Counted from the stretch's first letter, positions 25,075 through 39,230 are shown. The stretch: DNA of 64,000 bases from Balamuthia mandrillaris (GCA_031835245.2 JAVKOQ020000070.1:124001-188000), one strand, 5' to 3'. The notes: generated from the sequence alone by a model not told the origin. Numbers and translations are program-made.

Positions 25075-27249
25075 TCATTTCGTCTTGCTCGAGGTCTCTT
25101 TTCGTGTTTTCTCCCTTTTGGACGTGCTCCTCTCCATCCTCTCCTTTTTCGACGAGTGTCGTTCCTCTTTGCTCGTTTTCTCTTTCTCCTTTTCTTTCTC
25201 GTCTTTGCCGCTGCGTTTTGGTGACTTTGGTTTTTCTTTCCTCGGCGAGCTAGCTTTGCTCTTCGTCTGTTCGCCGGCAGCCTTCTCTATCGTTACGGCC
25301 GACTCGCTCCTCTTGTGTTTTCCTTTCTCCGCTCCATTCGAGGTTTCGCTCCTCCGTTTGATGAATGTCCCGCCCCTCTTCTTGGCTTTGTCTGTTCCGT
25401 TGGATTCTTCCTTCTTGTTGGTCTTTACTGGGATGTTAGTCTCGCTCCTCTTTTTGGGTCGGTCTTGGCCGTTCGTCTGATGTTTCTTCTTTGGCTTTTC
25501 TTTGCCGTCCTTCTTTGCCGTCTTGCTTTCTTTCTCTGATGACGTCTTCTTGTTCTTTTTCTCGTTGCTGTTATCTTCAGTTGTTTTCAGGCTGCCGCTT
25601 CCTTTCTTTTCTTGTTCTTCTGCTGTTGTCACCTTTTCTTTGGAGTCTCGGCTACTCTCCTCATTCACCGCTGGTGAAACAGAAGTTTGTTTTTCTTTCT
25701 TCTTTTTCTTTCCTTTCTCCTTCTGTTTGTGCTTTTTCTCTTTGTTGCCTTCGTTCGCCACCGTCTTATCTTCCTTCTTTTCTTCTTTGGCATCATCGTT
25801 CTTCTCTGCTTGTCCTGTTGTGTCTTTTGCTTCGTTCTCGCTTGTAGCCTTATCATCCTTTTGAACGCTCGCGACAGAAACATGAGCATCCTTCTCCTCG
25901 TGTTCTGAAACAGCTTCTTCCATCTTCTCTTTCTTTGACTCTTCGGTTGTGGTGTCTGCTATTACTGAGTTCGTGTCGTGTTCTTCTTTCTCTTTCTCAG
26001 ACGTTTCTGCCTCCTCTTCTTTTGTTTCTTCCTGGTCCTCCATTTCTGTCTCGGCTTGTTTCTGCTCTGGTGCTTCTTGTTTAACTTCGTCATTTTCTAG
26101 CTGTTCATTTTCCGGCTTCTCTTCCTTCTCCTTGGTTTCTTTCTCAGGTGAGTCACTTTCTTCCTCCGCAGAGCTTTCTTTTTCTTTCTTTGGTTCTTCT
26201 TTGTTTTCTCCTTCTCCTTCCTCTCCCTTGTCGTCCTTTGCTTGTTTCTTCTGGTCTTGTTCTTTTTCCGTTGAGCTATCACTGCTTTGTTCGTCTTTGT
26301 CGTCTCCTGTTCGTTCCTCCTCCTCCTCTTTTCCTTCTCCTTCTCCTTCTTTGTTCTTCCCGTCTCCTCCTTCATCATCATCATCTTCTTCTTCTTCCTG
26401 GCCCTTTCCTTCTTGTTTGTCATGAATAGGTGGGAAAGCGCCTGCCTCTATCAAGTTCACAAGAAAGACGCAGGCATTGCGAGCTCCCACCGGCAAGCAA
26501 ATGTTCTCCGGCGTCATCTTGGTAATGCTCTTATGCGCCGCTATCTGCGCGGCGATCTTCCCGACCTCCAACAGGCACGCCCTCCTCACGGGGGAGAGCC
26601 GCTGGAGCAGGTCGCAAAAGCCGGACAGCCTTTGCTCGGCATCGAGCTCCCAGAGTCCACGCACGGCCTCGCCGCCTTCCTGCGTCAACAGGCTTTCCGG
26701 CAGGTCGTTGAGGAAACGGACCAGCACGCCCATCACCGTGTGGGGGTCTTTCTCCTCGGTGAAGTCGGGCTGCTCGCCCCTGTCAAAGGCGTTGCTGTAC
26801 TGGTGGATGCGGTTGTTGGAGCCTGGTATGCGGGAGAGGCCTTCCGTCTCGTATCCTATTTCATGGAAACGCTCGTTTGTTAAGTGGTGGGTACGCAAGG
26901 AAGCAACGAAGGGAAAGACTCAAACCATGTTCCTCGAACCAAGCAGCAACAAGGGAGATAGGGGTGGGGACCAAGCCGTGCTCCTTGTCCGACTTCTTCG
27001 CGCTCTCCTCCAACGGAATGCCAAAGATGAGGGTGTTCTCCCTGACGGTCTTTCGGATGATGTCCGTTCGCCGGACGCGCATGGACTTGGAGAGCGGTTG
27101 CGGGGGCTCGGATTGGAAGAAGAGGCGCTCAAAGTCCTGAAAGCTCAACGCTTTGGTCCTGTTCACGTCGCATTGCTCTATCAGCTCCGCAGCTTTCTTC
27201 TTCTCGTATGGTATGTCTTTTATAACGCCAACAGAAGAATGCAAAAGAG

Positions 27250-27286
<37 letters not shown>

Positions 27287-27354
27287 AGGAGGAGGAGGAG
27301 GAAGCGGAGAGAGAGAGAGGAGGAGGAGGAGGAGGAAAAGAGATGCGGAGGGAG

Positions 27355-27394
<40 letters not shown>

Positions 27395-27478
27395 ACGGAG
27401 CGGAAAGAGAGAGTGAGTGAGTGAGAGAGGAGCGAAGGAAAGAAAAGAAAAAGATAAGTAAATGAGAAAACAGAAAAG

Positions 27479-27511
<33 letters not shown>

Positions 27512-27764
27512 AAGGCGTTACCGCAAACTTTGGCATAGTCTTTCAAGAACTTGTGAGCCTCTTTGTACGATAAAAGCTGTTTCTTCTTCTTCGGTGGGCA
27601 GTACTTTTCCCAAATCTGTTTCATATCTGGTTTGTTTGTTTTTGTTTTTACCGAAGTTGATTTGGTGTGAGTGCAGTGCCGTTCAAAAGTAAAATAAATA
27701 TTTCTCAAAAAAACATCTTTGACGTACCGTGACTAGAGATGGCCCGGGTCGTGGTGATCCCCAT
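25075..27764 (-). CDS. EF-hand-like + RhoGAP protein with long acidic/basic tail; possible N-myristoylation
   Basis: Exon 1 MGITTTRAISSH (27764-27728) splices to D-MKQIWEKY. EF-like loop DVNRTKALSFQD. RhoGAP: IFGIPLEE...VPTPI...EGLSRIPG (Arg finger)...DPHTVMGVLVRFLNDLPESLL...KMTPENI. Confidence 0.85.
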
Positions 27765-28918
27765 CTGTTTGCAAGCATTGCTGTTCCCCTGTTTTGTTCC
27801 CGAAGCAATCACATCCAATCAAAACACTTCCGTTAAATCTCATTTTTTAAAAAATATATTTGAAAAAAAAAATAGAAAGAAAAGAGATGTGCACCATATT
27901 TTTTGCTCTTTTTTTTTCCTCTTTGACCAGGGGACAAAAAAATAAAAACAAAAAACCTTCCCAAACGGTTACTCTCCCCTTTTGCCGCAGTCCTGCTGCT
28001 CGTTGTTGTTTTCTCTCTTTCCTTACTTCTTTTATTATTATTATTATTATAGGTATTATTATAGCGGCTAATTAATTTAAAGCAAACCCCAAACGTTCGG
28101 GCTTGAACTGAGCGCGTTTGTGTGCTGCTTCGCTTCGCGTTGAAGCTCTTCTTTGGTACTTCTGGAACCTCCGCAAAAAAAGCAGAAGACTTGTTCGCTG
28201 CTGGTTTCAAACATGCCCTTGTTTCAAACAAGCTCCTCCTCCCAAAAGAAGAGAGAGACACAAAAAAAACGCCCTAGTCTGGTGCAGTTGTTGTTTCCAT
28301 ATCCCTGAAAACGCACAAGGTAACGCTGAACCTGTCGGCCTTGGAGCTTTTCAACCAAACGAGCTCGCAACCGTGTTGTGGTATTCTCTCTGCCCTTTCC
28401 TCCTGGAGGCACCGCTTGCTAAAAATTTGTCCAGCAGGGGCCCGCTTCTTTTTTCACAGGATGCCTTGGACGCATCCTTTTTGACTTTCTCCCCCTTCCA
28501 TGTCTCAGTCGCTGATCATACTATTTCTGACCAATGGGAGAAAAGGCAAGTAATTCCCTTATTTAGAGAGTGTCTCTTCGCTCGTATCTCTTGTCCTCTC
28601 TCATGTCCTTTGCACCCCTAAGAAACTGCCGTGCAAGGAAGAAAGAGAAGCCAAAGAAAGAAAAAGGAAGCAAGGGAAAGGAAACAACAAAGAAAAGAGA
28701 GAGAAAACAAAGCCGGGCGACGCTGAGGCCTCACAGAAACTGTGCAAAAAGACATATTTTTCCTTCGTGCTGGCGTTGGAACCACTAAAAGGAGAATCAA
28801 GCAACGAGAAAGAAAAAAAGAACGACACATCCGAACAACCTACTCCCATCGTTCCATACTCCTTCAACCAAAGCATCTTCGTTGAAGGAGGAGGGATTAA
28901 ACCAGGAGACAAATCAAG

Positions 28919-29574
28919 ATGTCCGACCCGCCTTCCAAAGTAATTGTGTTGGACCTTACGGAGTGCAGCTCCTCCAGCGAAGAGTCCGAGAGGGAACGTG
29001 GTCCACGCGCCGCCGCTCGTAGAGGATTAAGAAAGAGAAAGAGGGGGACTATAGTGGAGACAAGGGATCAGACGGTGGTCCAAAGTGGCCATCTTCGGCC
29101 GAGACGTGCCAGACATTCACGTTCTGGTTCTTCCGCTTCCGCTTCGTCTTCCTCCTCATCCACAACGATTTCTGAAAATAATAACAACCATGGAAATTCA
29201 AACCGGTCTGACGGAGATGGAGAGGACGACCCCCTCCTTCGAGGTTCAGCGAGAGCGGAGGATGAAGAAAACGCTTCCTCTCCCACAGGCACCCCTCGCG
29301 CTGCTTCTTCACCCCCCACTGGTTCGTGTTGCAAAACCTTCTTCTTTTTTTTCCGTCTTCGTTCTGTCTTTCCCCTCTATCTCTTTCCGTAGTTTCTCTT
29401 TCTCTCCCTCCTCTTTCTCTGTCTCTGTCTCTGTCTCTGTCTCTGTCTCTGTCTCTGTCTCTGTCTCTGTCTCTGTCTCTGTCTCTGTCTCTGTCTCTGT
29501 CTCTGTCTCTGTCTCTTTCTCTTTCTCTTTCTCTTTCTCTTTCTCTTTCTCTCCTCTCTCTTTCTTTCTCTCTT

Positions 29575-29620
<46 letters not shown>

Positions 29621-32600
29621 CCATCAGCTCATCAGATACAAAAACAGAGGAGCTGGGCTTTGAGTTTTTAGGAGAGGAGGAAGCCCATGGGAGAGAAGAC
29701 AGCAGCCTCCGCGAACGCGTATCCATGCTGAACGAAGAAGCAGACAACCGCACCGACACACGCTCGAGCGAGAGAAGCAGCAGAGGAAGAGCAGACAGAA
29801 GAAGAGGCACCGGAGAAAGCAGAAGAAGAGGCCGAGGAAGTAGAAATAGTGATACTCGTATCACCGCTGCAACAAGTCGTCGTTCACGTAGTGCTGCCAG
29901 TACTAACACCTCACAGCACACTGAAGAGCTCTCAGAGGAGAGCTACGACGAGGAGTGGTACGCCGTGGCGGAGGACGTGGACGATGACAGTGACTACAGC
30001 GGCAGCGACCAGCGCAGCTCCGACGATGAGTGGCAGCCTTCTAAAAAAAACCAAAGAAGAAGAAGAACCGGAAGCAACCATAGCGACAGCTCAGAAGAAG
30101 CAAACACCGCCACCAGCTCTTCTGCTGCCCCGTCCACCTCTACAAGAAGAAGCCGTGGCGGATCGCGGGCTGGAAGAGGAAGAGGAAGCAGAACAGTACG
30201 TGCTGGTGGAAGTAGGGGTACAGCTGGTTGGGGAGTTCGCAGGAGAAGTACAACAGCCGCAGCCGATCCACAGGGAGCTCCAGTAACTACTTCCCCATCT
30301 CCTGTATCTTTTGCATCGTCCTCCACTGTTACAACAGAAACTGCGGAAACAGCAACGACCATTGGTCGAGGAAGGCGAAGGCGTGCTGCTGATGCCCGAG
30401 GAAACGAGAGCACACAAACCAATGTTGCCACTGGTGTTCCAAGAGAGACACCCAAATCGCCTCCTTCCTCTTCTCCTTCCTCTTCGTCTGGTCCTTCTTC
30501 TTCCTCAGACTCTTCAGCTCCGTCCTCCTCTGATTCTTCTTCTTCTTCATCATCATCTTCATCATCTTCATCATCCTCCTCTTCATCATCCTCTGCTTCT
30601 GAAGATGAGAATGAGAGCCCAACTGCTCCTTCCCCATCCTCTTCCTCTTCTTCATCGCCTCAGATGGCTCCTCCAGAACGGCGGCAGGACCGACTGGAGA
30701 GACAAACAGAAGGGCCTCTGAATAACACGAACTCTGTTACCTTGTCATTGAACCCAAACGCGACTACCTCTTTTGAAACGAGCAACGAGCCTTTTGCAGC
30801 AAACGCAGCACAGGAAATGGGACGCCCAGCTCACGTACACCCCAATGAGGAGCCAACGACGATGGTTGCCACATCCATCAACTCAACGCCAACGGTAGCT
30901 GCAGCTACGGAGCAGCCGTCTACATCAGTGATAGAAAATGGTTCCACATGCAGCCCACCACAACGGAGAGAGCAAGAATCCGAAAGCAGAGACGCCACAG
31001 TGACTCATTCTGCACACAACAACAACACCAGTACTGCTGCAAAGCAAGTAATGACGGAACTGGAGGGTCAAATGAGCGGGGACTTAACAGAAAGAACGGA
31101 AGAGCGGCATCCTTCAGATGATCCGATGCAAGTGTCGCCACGTTGTACAAATGGCTGTGCTGAAGCAATCCCTGTATCTGTTGACTCAAGCGCCCTCCCA
31201 CCTGTTTGCTCTTCTGTTTGTCCCCCATCCACTTTGGTTCCTTCTACACTCGCTTCTGCTCTTTCTTCTTCTCCTCTCCCTTCTTCTCTTCTCTCCACCT
31301 CTCTTGCTTTCTCGTCTTCTCCTTCCACAACCACATCACCGTTGCCTACATTATCAGTTGTAAACATTTCAACCACTCTTGCCACGCCACGTACATCCGT
31401 ACTACCTGACTCCAGATCTACTCCCAATACCACCACTCTACCTCCTCAACAGCTCCCAAAACGCCAACGACCGCTGTCTTCTACATCTCCCTTTCCCCCG
31501 CTCATTCCCCCTCCTCCTTCTTCTTCCCTCTCCTTACCCTCCTCGGTTTCCACACCCTCTTCCCTTTCCTCATCTCTCTCGCCTCCTTCCCCAACCGCAA
31601 AAGCAACAACCACAACGCCATCAGCACACCTGTATACCAGAGTCGAAGCGGTCATTGAAGAACGGTATAAAGACGGCAAACTCCAATACAAGGTCAAATG
31701 GAAGGACTATGACCAGCGGTACAATTCTTGGGTGATGGCACATCATGTGCCGGATGTCTTGGTTGGACTCTGGAAATCCAACCCTAAAACCCACACCAAC
31801 GGTGTTGGTGTGCCGCAAACTGAACAAACCGAGAGGGCTACCTCTTCAGCCACTGCGCCAACACAACCTTCTTCTCCGCGATCTTTATCCTCCACTACTG
31901 TGACCATATCCTCCTCTGTTTCGCCATCTTCATCTTCCTCTTCTGCTTTATCTTCATTTTCACCTGCCTTATCGGCTTTGTCTTCACCTTCAAATACTAC
32001 AACAGCAGCGGCAACAGTAGTACCGCAAGCAGCAACTACCACAACGGTGGTAGTTCCAGAGCAACTACCTCCATCATTGCCGACAGACAAACTACCCAAC
32101 CAAACATCAGTTGTAGGTTATGCTGTAGAAGCGGTAGTGCCTTCCTTCCTTTCCTCTTGTTCTTCTTCTTCTTCTTCTTCTTCTTCTTCTTCTTCTTCTT
32201 CTTCTTCTTCTTCTTGTTCTTCTTCTTCTTCTTCTTCTCCTGCTTTAGCAGCATCATCGTTCACTTCGGCGGAATCAAATGTTCTTGATAGTGGAAAGGA
32301 GGCAATGGAGACTGATGCGGGAGCCAAGTCTCCAGAGGACTCAGCTGCATCAGATGATGTGGAATCCGAAGATAGCTCTTCCGACGGTATATTAGAGATG
32401 ATAGTCCTGGATGCCGATGATGATGATGAAGTGTTGACTTCCGAGGAAGCAGAGGACGAGTCTGAGGCTGAAGAAGCCTCAGAATCCTTGGGAGACAATG
32501 AAGAGTCGTTGGAAGAAGAGGATGATGCCTTGTTGGAAGATGAGGACTGGGGCGATTTGAAGGAGTGGGAAGAGTTGGAACAAAAGTACGGGGAGCTTGT

Positions 32601-35600
32601 GGAGGCAGAACTGCCGAAAGCAGGGCCAGTGGTCTTGGGAAGAGAGCTACCCTTCTCTCCACATGAGGAAGCAAAAGAGGAGGAGGGAGACGAGGAACCA
32701 GCGCCAGTATTGCCTGAAGCAGAGAGCATGCTCGTGGTTGGAGAAGAAGAAGTAGATGCAGATGTTGCTGTGGAGCGGGAGAGACTCCACGGCGACCAAC
32801 AGCAGCCTCCCGTTGATAGCGAAGATGAGAGACAGCAACGAGAGAGAGCACAACAAAGCGAGCAAGAAAACAAACAAGAAAGGGAACAATCACTGACACA
32901 AGAGCATGAGCAACAGCGAGAACGGGAACAAGAGCGAGAACGAGAAAGAGAGAGCGAAAGGGAACAAGAGCAGGCACGGCAGTGGGAACGAGAGCAAGAG
33001 CAAGAACGAGAACGAGAAAGAGAACGGGAACGGGAACAGGAGCTAGAGAGAGAAAGAGAACAAGAAAGGGAAAGGGTGAGAGAAAGAGAAAGAGAAAGAG
33101 AAAGAGAACAAGAAAGGGAAAGAGAAAAAGAAAGAAAACGGGAAGAGGAGCTAGAAAGAGAAAGAGAACAAGAAAGAGAAAGGGAAAGAGAAAGAGAACA
33201 CGAAAGAGAAAGAGAACGAGAAAGAGAACAAGAAAGGGAAAGGGAAAAAGAAAGAGAAAGAATTCGGGAAGAGGAGTTAGAAAGAGAAAGAGAAAGAGAA
33301 AGAGAAAGAGAAAGAGAAAGAGAACAAGAAAGGGAAAGGGAGAGAGAAAGAGAAAGAAATCGGGAACAGGAGATAGAAAGAGAAAAAGCAAGCGAAAAGG
33401 AAAGGGACAGAGAACAAGAGCAGGCACAGCAAAGGGAACCAGAGCAAGATAAGGAAAGAGAAAGAGAACGAGAACGAGAAAAAGAACTTGAAGATCAGCA
33501 ACAATTTGAACATGAGTTAGACCGAGAGCTCGAACTTCAGCAACAAGGGGAAGCTTTTGAAAATGTGCGGATCAACACTGACTCTCCCAGAACAACTACC
33601 ACAGAAGGGGCTGAAGAGGGTAACGCTGAAGATAGGGAGAGGAATGAAGAAGAAAAGATTGAAGACGAGGAGGAGGAAGAATCTCCAGCACGGCTAGCGA
33701 GAAGGGAACACCCGGAAGAGTTCAGCTCGTCATTTGACATGGAGGAAGAAGAGCTACAACCAACGAACGAGCTTTTAAAGGCTTCTTCTCCTTTGTTCTT
33801 TCCTTCGGTTTCCTCTCCTGTTCAGTCTTTCTCTCCTGAACTCCCACTTCAGTCGAGTGATGAAAACATGAGGGAGGAAGAGGAAGATGAAACGGAACAC
33901 ACAACAGCAAAGGAGCAAGAAATGGAAGAGGAGAAGGAAAGTAAGAGGAGAAAAGAGCAAGAGGAACAAGAAGCCCAAAAAGAACGAGAACGCATCGAGG
34001 AGCTCCAACGCGAGCTTGAACAAGAACGGATACGGAAGCAACAACGAAGAGAACAAGAAAGAGAACGAGAAAAGGAGCGCATCAGAGCGCTCGAACTGAC
34101 ATGGGAATACGAGTGGCAACAAAAACGCAAGTCTCTTTGGGAGAAAAGCGATGAGGAAAAGCACCATTACAAACAAACCTCCCAAAAGGATCGACAGCAG
34201 CAGTCACCTTCAACACCTGTGGAAGAAAAGCTACAAGATACAATGGAAACAACAACGCAAGAAGAAAAGGATGACGATCTCGACCTTGACGATGCCGAAC
34301 TGTTTCTGTTCGACATGGATGACTCTGAGGCTAGAACAGATGGAAACGATGATGGTAACGAAGAAAGAGAAGAAGGTGAACTGGTTGAGCAAACAGCAGA
34401 TCACGAAGCACAAGCAGACGAGGTGGAAGCGAAAAACGAGAATGAAAACCATAGAAACGAGACAGCGGAGAAAGGTAACACGGCAACAGGTACCACAGAT
34501 AAAGCCAAAAACCAACAGCTCAAACAGCAAAGTAACTCTCAAGCAGCCATTGTACCACACCAACAGAAAGAAGCGAAGCAAGAAGAAGCAAAGGGAGAAA
34601 TACACGAAGAACGAAGAGACTACAGCTCAGACGATGCAGAAGGATGGTCTGATGAAGAGGGGCTCCACTCTGGTGATCATCGCAACGAAAGAGGAAGATT
34701 CGGTCGTGAAGAACCAGTTAACATTCCCCACACCCAAGAGCAAGTACGTAACAGCAGACATGCTGAAAACGGGATTCACAGTGACGATCAGCGGCACCGA
34801 GGCAACTCTCGTCGCTCTCGTGCTTCTTCTTTTGGTCAGAATGACCGCGATAGAGATAGAGACAGAGCTAGGCATAGAGATAGGGAGAGAGACAGAGCTA
34901 GAGACAGATTATTTAGTAGGTTAGACTTTGGTGGTGATGATAGGGATCCTCGCAAGTTCCTTCAGAGAGAGCGACGTGGTTTAATGGGAGAAGACATGGC
35001 CTTTGCTTCTTCGTCATCATCTGGCTCAGCACAGGATCGTAACAAAAGGTCTCATCACAACCAAAACGACCTCTGGAACATTAACAGTAATGATACTAAC
35101 GTCATTGAGGATGCTCGAGCAATCATCGCTCAAAGAAAAGCAGACAGAGAACAACGAGAACGTGAAAGATGGGATAGAGGAACAAGAGGAAGAGGAAGAC
35201 CAGATAAAGAAGGGCGCGGTGGATGGGACAAGGAGAGAGATAAAGAACGAGCGATGGAGTTGAGGATAGAACAAGAAGGACACCGAATTGAAGGCTCGAA
35301 TGTAGAGAAAGTGAGAGAGGAGAACGAACTGCCAATTGCCAAACGAACAGTTGGACGAGGATGGCGGATTCTTTCTCACTCAGAGCGACACTATTTTAAG
35401 GACTATGACGACATGGGCGATGACAGAGACGAAAGGGACAGGGACAGGGACAGGGACAGAGACAACAAGGACAGAGATGGTAGAGACAGAGAAAACAGAG
35501 ATGGCAGAGACGAAAGAGGCAACCTTGAGGAAAATAGAAATCATGGTATTCAAGGCGAACAACAACAAGGCAGACAGCGCCAAGCCGGAAGCAGCATGGC

Positions 35601-38034
35601 GGGTGGTGATGGTGTGAATATGAGCGGTAGCACTCATATGGGACATCAGGTACAGGAACCGGGACAGGAACAGGAACGAACCGTTGAACAGGGTCCTGCA
35701 GACCGAGAGCGCGAGAGGGAAGCGGAGGACCGCGCTCGCGAAGAGGAAGAGGAGCTGCAACGGGGAAGAGAGGAACTCAGAAGTATGTTGGAGAAACATC
35801 GACAACAAGATCGCATCTCCCGAGACAAGCACGAAGAGGAACGTCGCCGCAGAATGGAGGAAGAAAAGGAACGACTACGAAGAATAAAGGAGGAAGAGAA
35901 GCGGGTACTTCAAGCGCGGCGACAACAAATAGAGAAAGAGCGGGCTCAACGCAGAGAGGAACGCCGGAAAAGAGCTGAAATGAGAGAGTCACGGGCCGGT
36001 CAGGGTGGCATTTCTGCCATGGTTCTACCCTCCACTCTTCAATCTGTGGATGGTGGGAGTTCTAGTATCTTTTCCACCGAAGGAACTAACAACTCAACAG
36101 CCATCACAACCGAAATATCCCCGCAACAACAATCCCCAGAGCAGCAACAAGTAATACCACAGTCACCAGAGCAGCAACAAGTAATACCAACGGGAGACAG
36201 TAGGCACACAACGAACGCCTTACAGATTTATTGTCTAGAGACGCCGGAAGCCAGGGAGGCGGCCGATATCCTGAAGGAAGTCCTCCTTGGCACAACCAAA
36301 CCCACTCCTTGCCCTTTAACTCTTCCTATCCCTGCCAACAATTGCGCCACTGACGGCAACAATTACAACAGCAACGAATACAACAGCAGCCATTGCTTCA
36401 GCTCTGGAGCGAGAGAGCCTTATCTAGCCATGTCCTCACCAAGAGGAATGCATGATGTAATCACCTACTCAACTCAAACCCCTTTTTATTCTACTAAAGG
36501 TGACTACGACATCATCAACTATGACTCACAACCATCTCCTGGGCTAAGACAACGCTCTTCTTCCAATCCTGGGGTAGAAAGCTATGAACAACAGCAACAG
36601 CTAGAAGCACAACCGCAAGCACAAATACACCCACAACCACAACAGCCACAACCATATCAGATTGAAAAACAAGAATATGTCTTTGTTCCAACGGCGACAA
36701 CAGCTCCCAAACGAGGCCACAAACGAGACGCTCCCACAGCCCCTGATATTTTCATCTTCAACAATTCTTACTCCCTTCCCTCTTCTCCTAACAACCACAA
36801 CAACAGCACTGCTTCTCCCTCCAACTCAGCTCTACCATCTCCGCTTATCCCTCCGTTATCCTCCGAACCTCCTCAACTCCCCACTTATCGCCAATCCCAT
36901 GTGCATCATCGAAATAGCAGCTTACCAGCAGCGACTAGTGCTTCCAAGAAACCACGAAAGCCTCGCAAGAATAATAGCAACTTCACCAATAACAACAATC
37001 CATCAGATGATGAGTCTTCTGCTTCTTTACATCCACACGTGGCTGTAGAGATTCAACAAAAAATGCGAGAACTGAGAGAGAAGGTGGCAGGCAGCCCAAG
37101 AAACTCCGCGATGGGCAAGGTCCTGCCAGGTCCCGGCCTTCTCAAATGGAACACTAAGCCCTCAACTGGCCGCCCCAGGCAACATCACCCCAAGCTATCC
37201 ACCAAAATCGCTACAGACGTTGCCGCTTCTGGTTCTGGTTCTAGTTCATCTCCGCCATCAACACAGTTGTCCCTCGAACACTCGGATCCCCTGCCTGCTT
37301 CTCATTTCTCTGCCTCTTCTTCCATTGTCCAAGACCTCGCAATCTCTAGCCTGCACATGAACATTAATTCTCTTCCTTCAGCGGCACTTGGCAGTACCAC
37401 CTCTGATCCCTTCCAACTGGAAGAAGACGTGTTAGATAGCGGCTACTCTGGTTTTCTTAGCGATGAGATGGAATTGGAACTGCAACTGGCAGGTCAGCAC
37501 CAACTCTCTCCAACTCCTCACCTTCTCCCATACTACCACCTACCCGACCACCTGGACGAACAAGACCTAAACTTCATCGCCAGGGGACATAACGAAGACC
37601 CCAAAGAAGAACAACCACCTCAACTGCGACAGCAGCAACAAATACACAGACAACAAGACGGATTACTGAAAAGGGAGATGTCTGAAATGGTGGATCATGA
37701 TACGCAAAGGAAAGAGAAAGATGGCCCCGAGTCAGGCGGAGATGTAGAAGAGGATGAAGAAGCGGAGGAAACGATGAAACCACCCATGCCCAAACTCTTT
37801 CTAGGAGAACCTCCGCCTGGTGCGCTAAGAGTGGTTTGTTCTGCAACAAAGACGACAAGGATAAAAGAGAATATGGATGTGGAGGATGACGAGGATGACG
37901 AAGAGGGAAGCATGAAAGCTCCAATCCCCAAATTGTTTCTTGGAGCGCCTCCTCCGGGAACCATCCCAACTGAGGCGACCAGTTCCAGTTCCGCTCTTTC
38001 AGTCACACCACCACACAATAGCCCAAACTCTTAG
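28919..38034 (+). CDS. Giant (~2930 aa) mostly low-complexity protein with one chromodomain and RE/RD repeats
   Basis: ATG 28919 with an upstream in-frame stop; one intron 29322-29635 (phase 1); 8.4-kb open second exon. Chromodomain YTRVEAVIEERYKDGKLQYKVKWKDYDQRYNSWV at ~31633-31773. Confidence 0.85.
29417..29615 (+). repeat. Compound intronic microsatellite (CTGTCT)n-(CTCTTT)n-(CT)n
   Basis: Direct inspection; lies within intron 29322-29635. Confidence 0.9.
32870..33490 (+). repeat. Coding purine-rich repeat encoding an (RE)n/REQE tract
   Basis: GAAAGA/GAACAA-type units in frame within the giant exon. Confidence 0.85.
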
Positions 38035-39230
38035 CTGTACTTTTGAAGCAATTGTATACGAAGTGTATTTATTTAAATGGACGTTTTTATCAGCCATAAG
38101 ATGCACTCTCGAACTCTCGGATCAGGACGTGTTTCGCCAATTGGTGCGCGTCAGGGGCTATGCCGGGTCAGAATCGCTAGCAGCGGTTCTGGTGTTCGTT
38201 GAGCTTGTGATCTTCCTTTTCGCCACCCAGTGGGGAGGGTAAATTTTGAATGACCTCCGGTGGTCATTGGATGTCGTCTGGGTGGTACAACTTGGCTGTA
38301 GTCTCTTTTTGTTTGTTCCACCAAAAGTGGTGACACAACGGATATGAGCTTGTTCATCCTCTGTTGCGGACCGCAATAGCGAGGACACACATTTCCAAGC
38401 GCAACGGATAATGCTTTTTCACTCCACCGCGGGAAAAGTATAGAAAGCAAAGAGCTCAAAACGAGTACATCCCGGGCACACTTCCTCAACCAACGCGGAA
38501 CGCAATAGCGCGTTTCATTGGTTCGTTCGGCGCCAGTGTCTCCGCGTCTCCTTGACCACCATGCCCGTTCTGTTGCAAAAAGTCCCCGCCAGGCTGCCAA
38601 AGAATGCACGCCCGCGACGACGCGAATAACCTGTACCTAATTGTTTGAGGAGCCGCAGTTTAAAGGCATTTTTTTATTTCTGATGGACTGAAAAGAAATG
38701 GCAAGGGATCAAAAGGGCAGCAAAATAGTCCCTCCGCGTTCCTGCGTACTCTCAGCGGGGAAAACGAGTGTCGACAAGGACCACCGCCGAACCAAACCAT
38801 TGCGCGTTGGTCAAATTCTGTATAATATTGGCAAACAAGAAAAGTAGCGGCCGGAAGAAAAAAAAAGGGGGGGAAGAGGAGAGAGACACACCAAAAAGTG
38901 GTTGCTTGCTTACCAGGGTGGGCAACAGCTTTTTTAAAACTACTTTGTTTGTTAAGTTCTCGAAGCAGAAGGTGAGGATTAGATTTTTTCTCTCTTTTTT
39001 TCTCTCTCTGTGCTGAAAGGCACCAAGCTGTGTGTGTGTGTTTGTTTTTTTTGATGTTGGTCAAAGCGAACAAATAGCAAAAGGCGAAAGCGAAAGCGAA
39101 TAGGCTTTAGCGTTTGGCGTTATCATTATTATTTTTGTTGCTGTTGGTTTTTTCGTGTTGCCGATGCACTGAACCTCTGTTTTGCTCTCCTTCAAAACAA
39201 AACAAAAAAAAAATGTATAGAAGAGAAACA

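Noticed and set aside
28224..28412. Minus-strand peptide containing RYLVRFQGY, resembling a chromodomain
   Set aside because: No ATG start, no downstream conserved Trp and no splice partner found; probably chance in an upstream region.
38100..38650. Mixed-composition intergenic block with short hairpins (e.g. AATGACC/GGTCATT) as ncRNA or transposon
   Set aside because: No recognisable tRNA/snRNA motifs, TIRs or protein similarity; stems this short are expected by chance.
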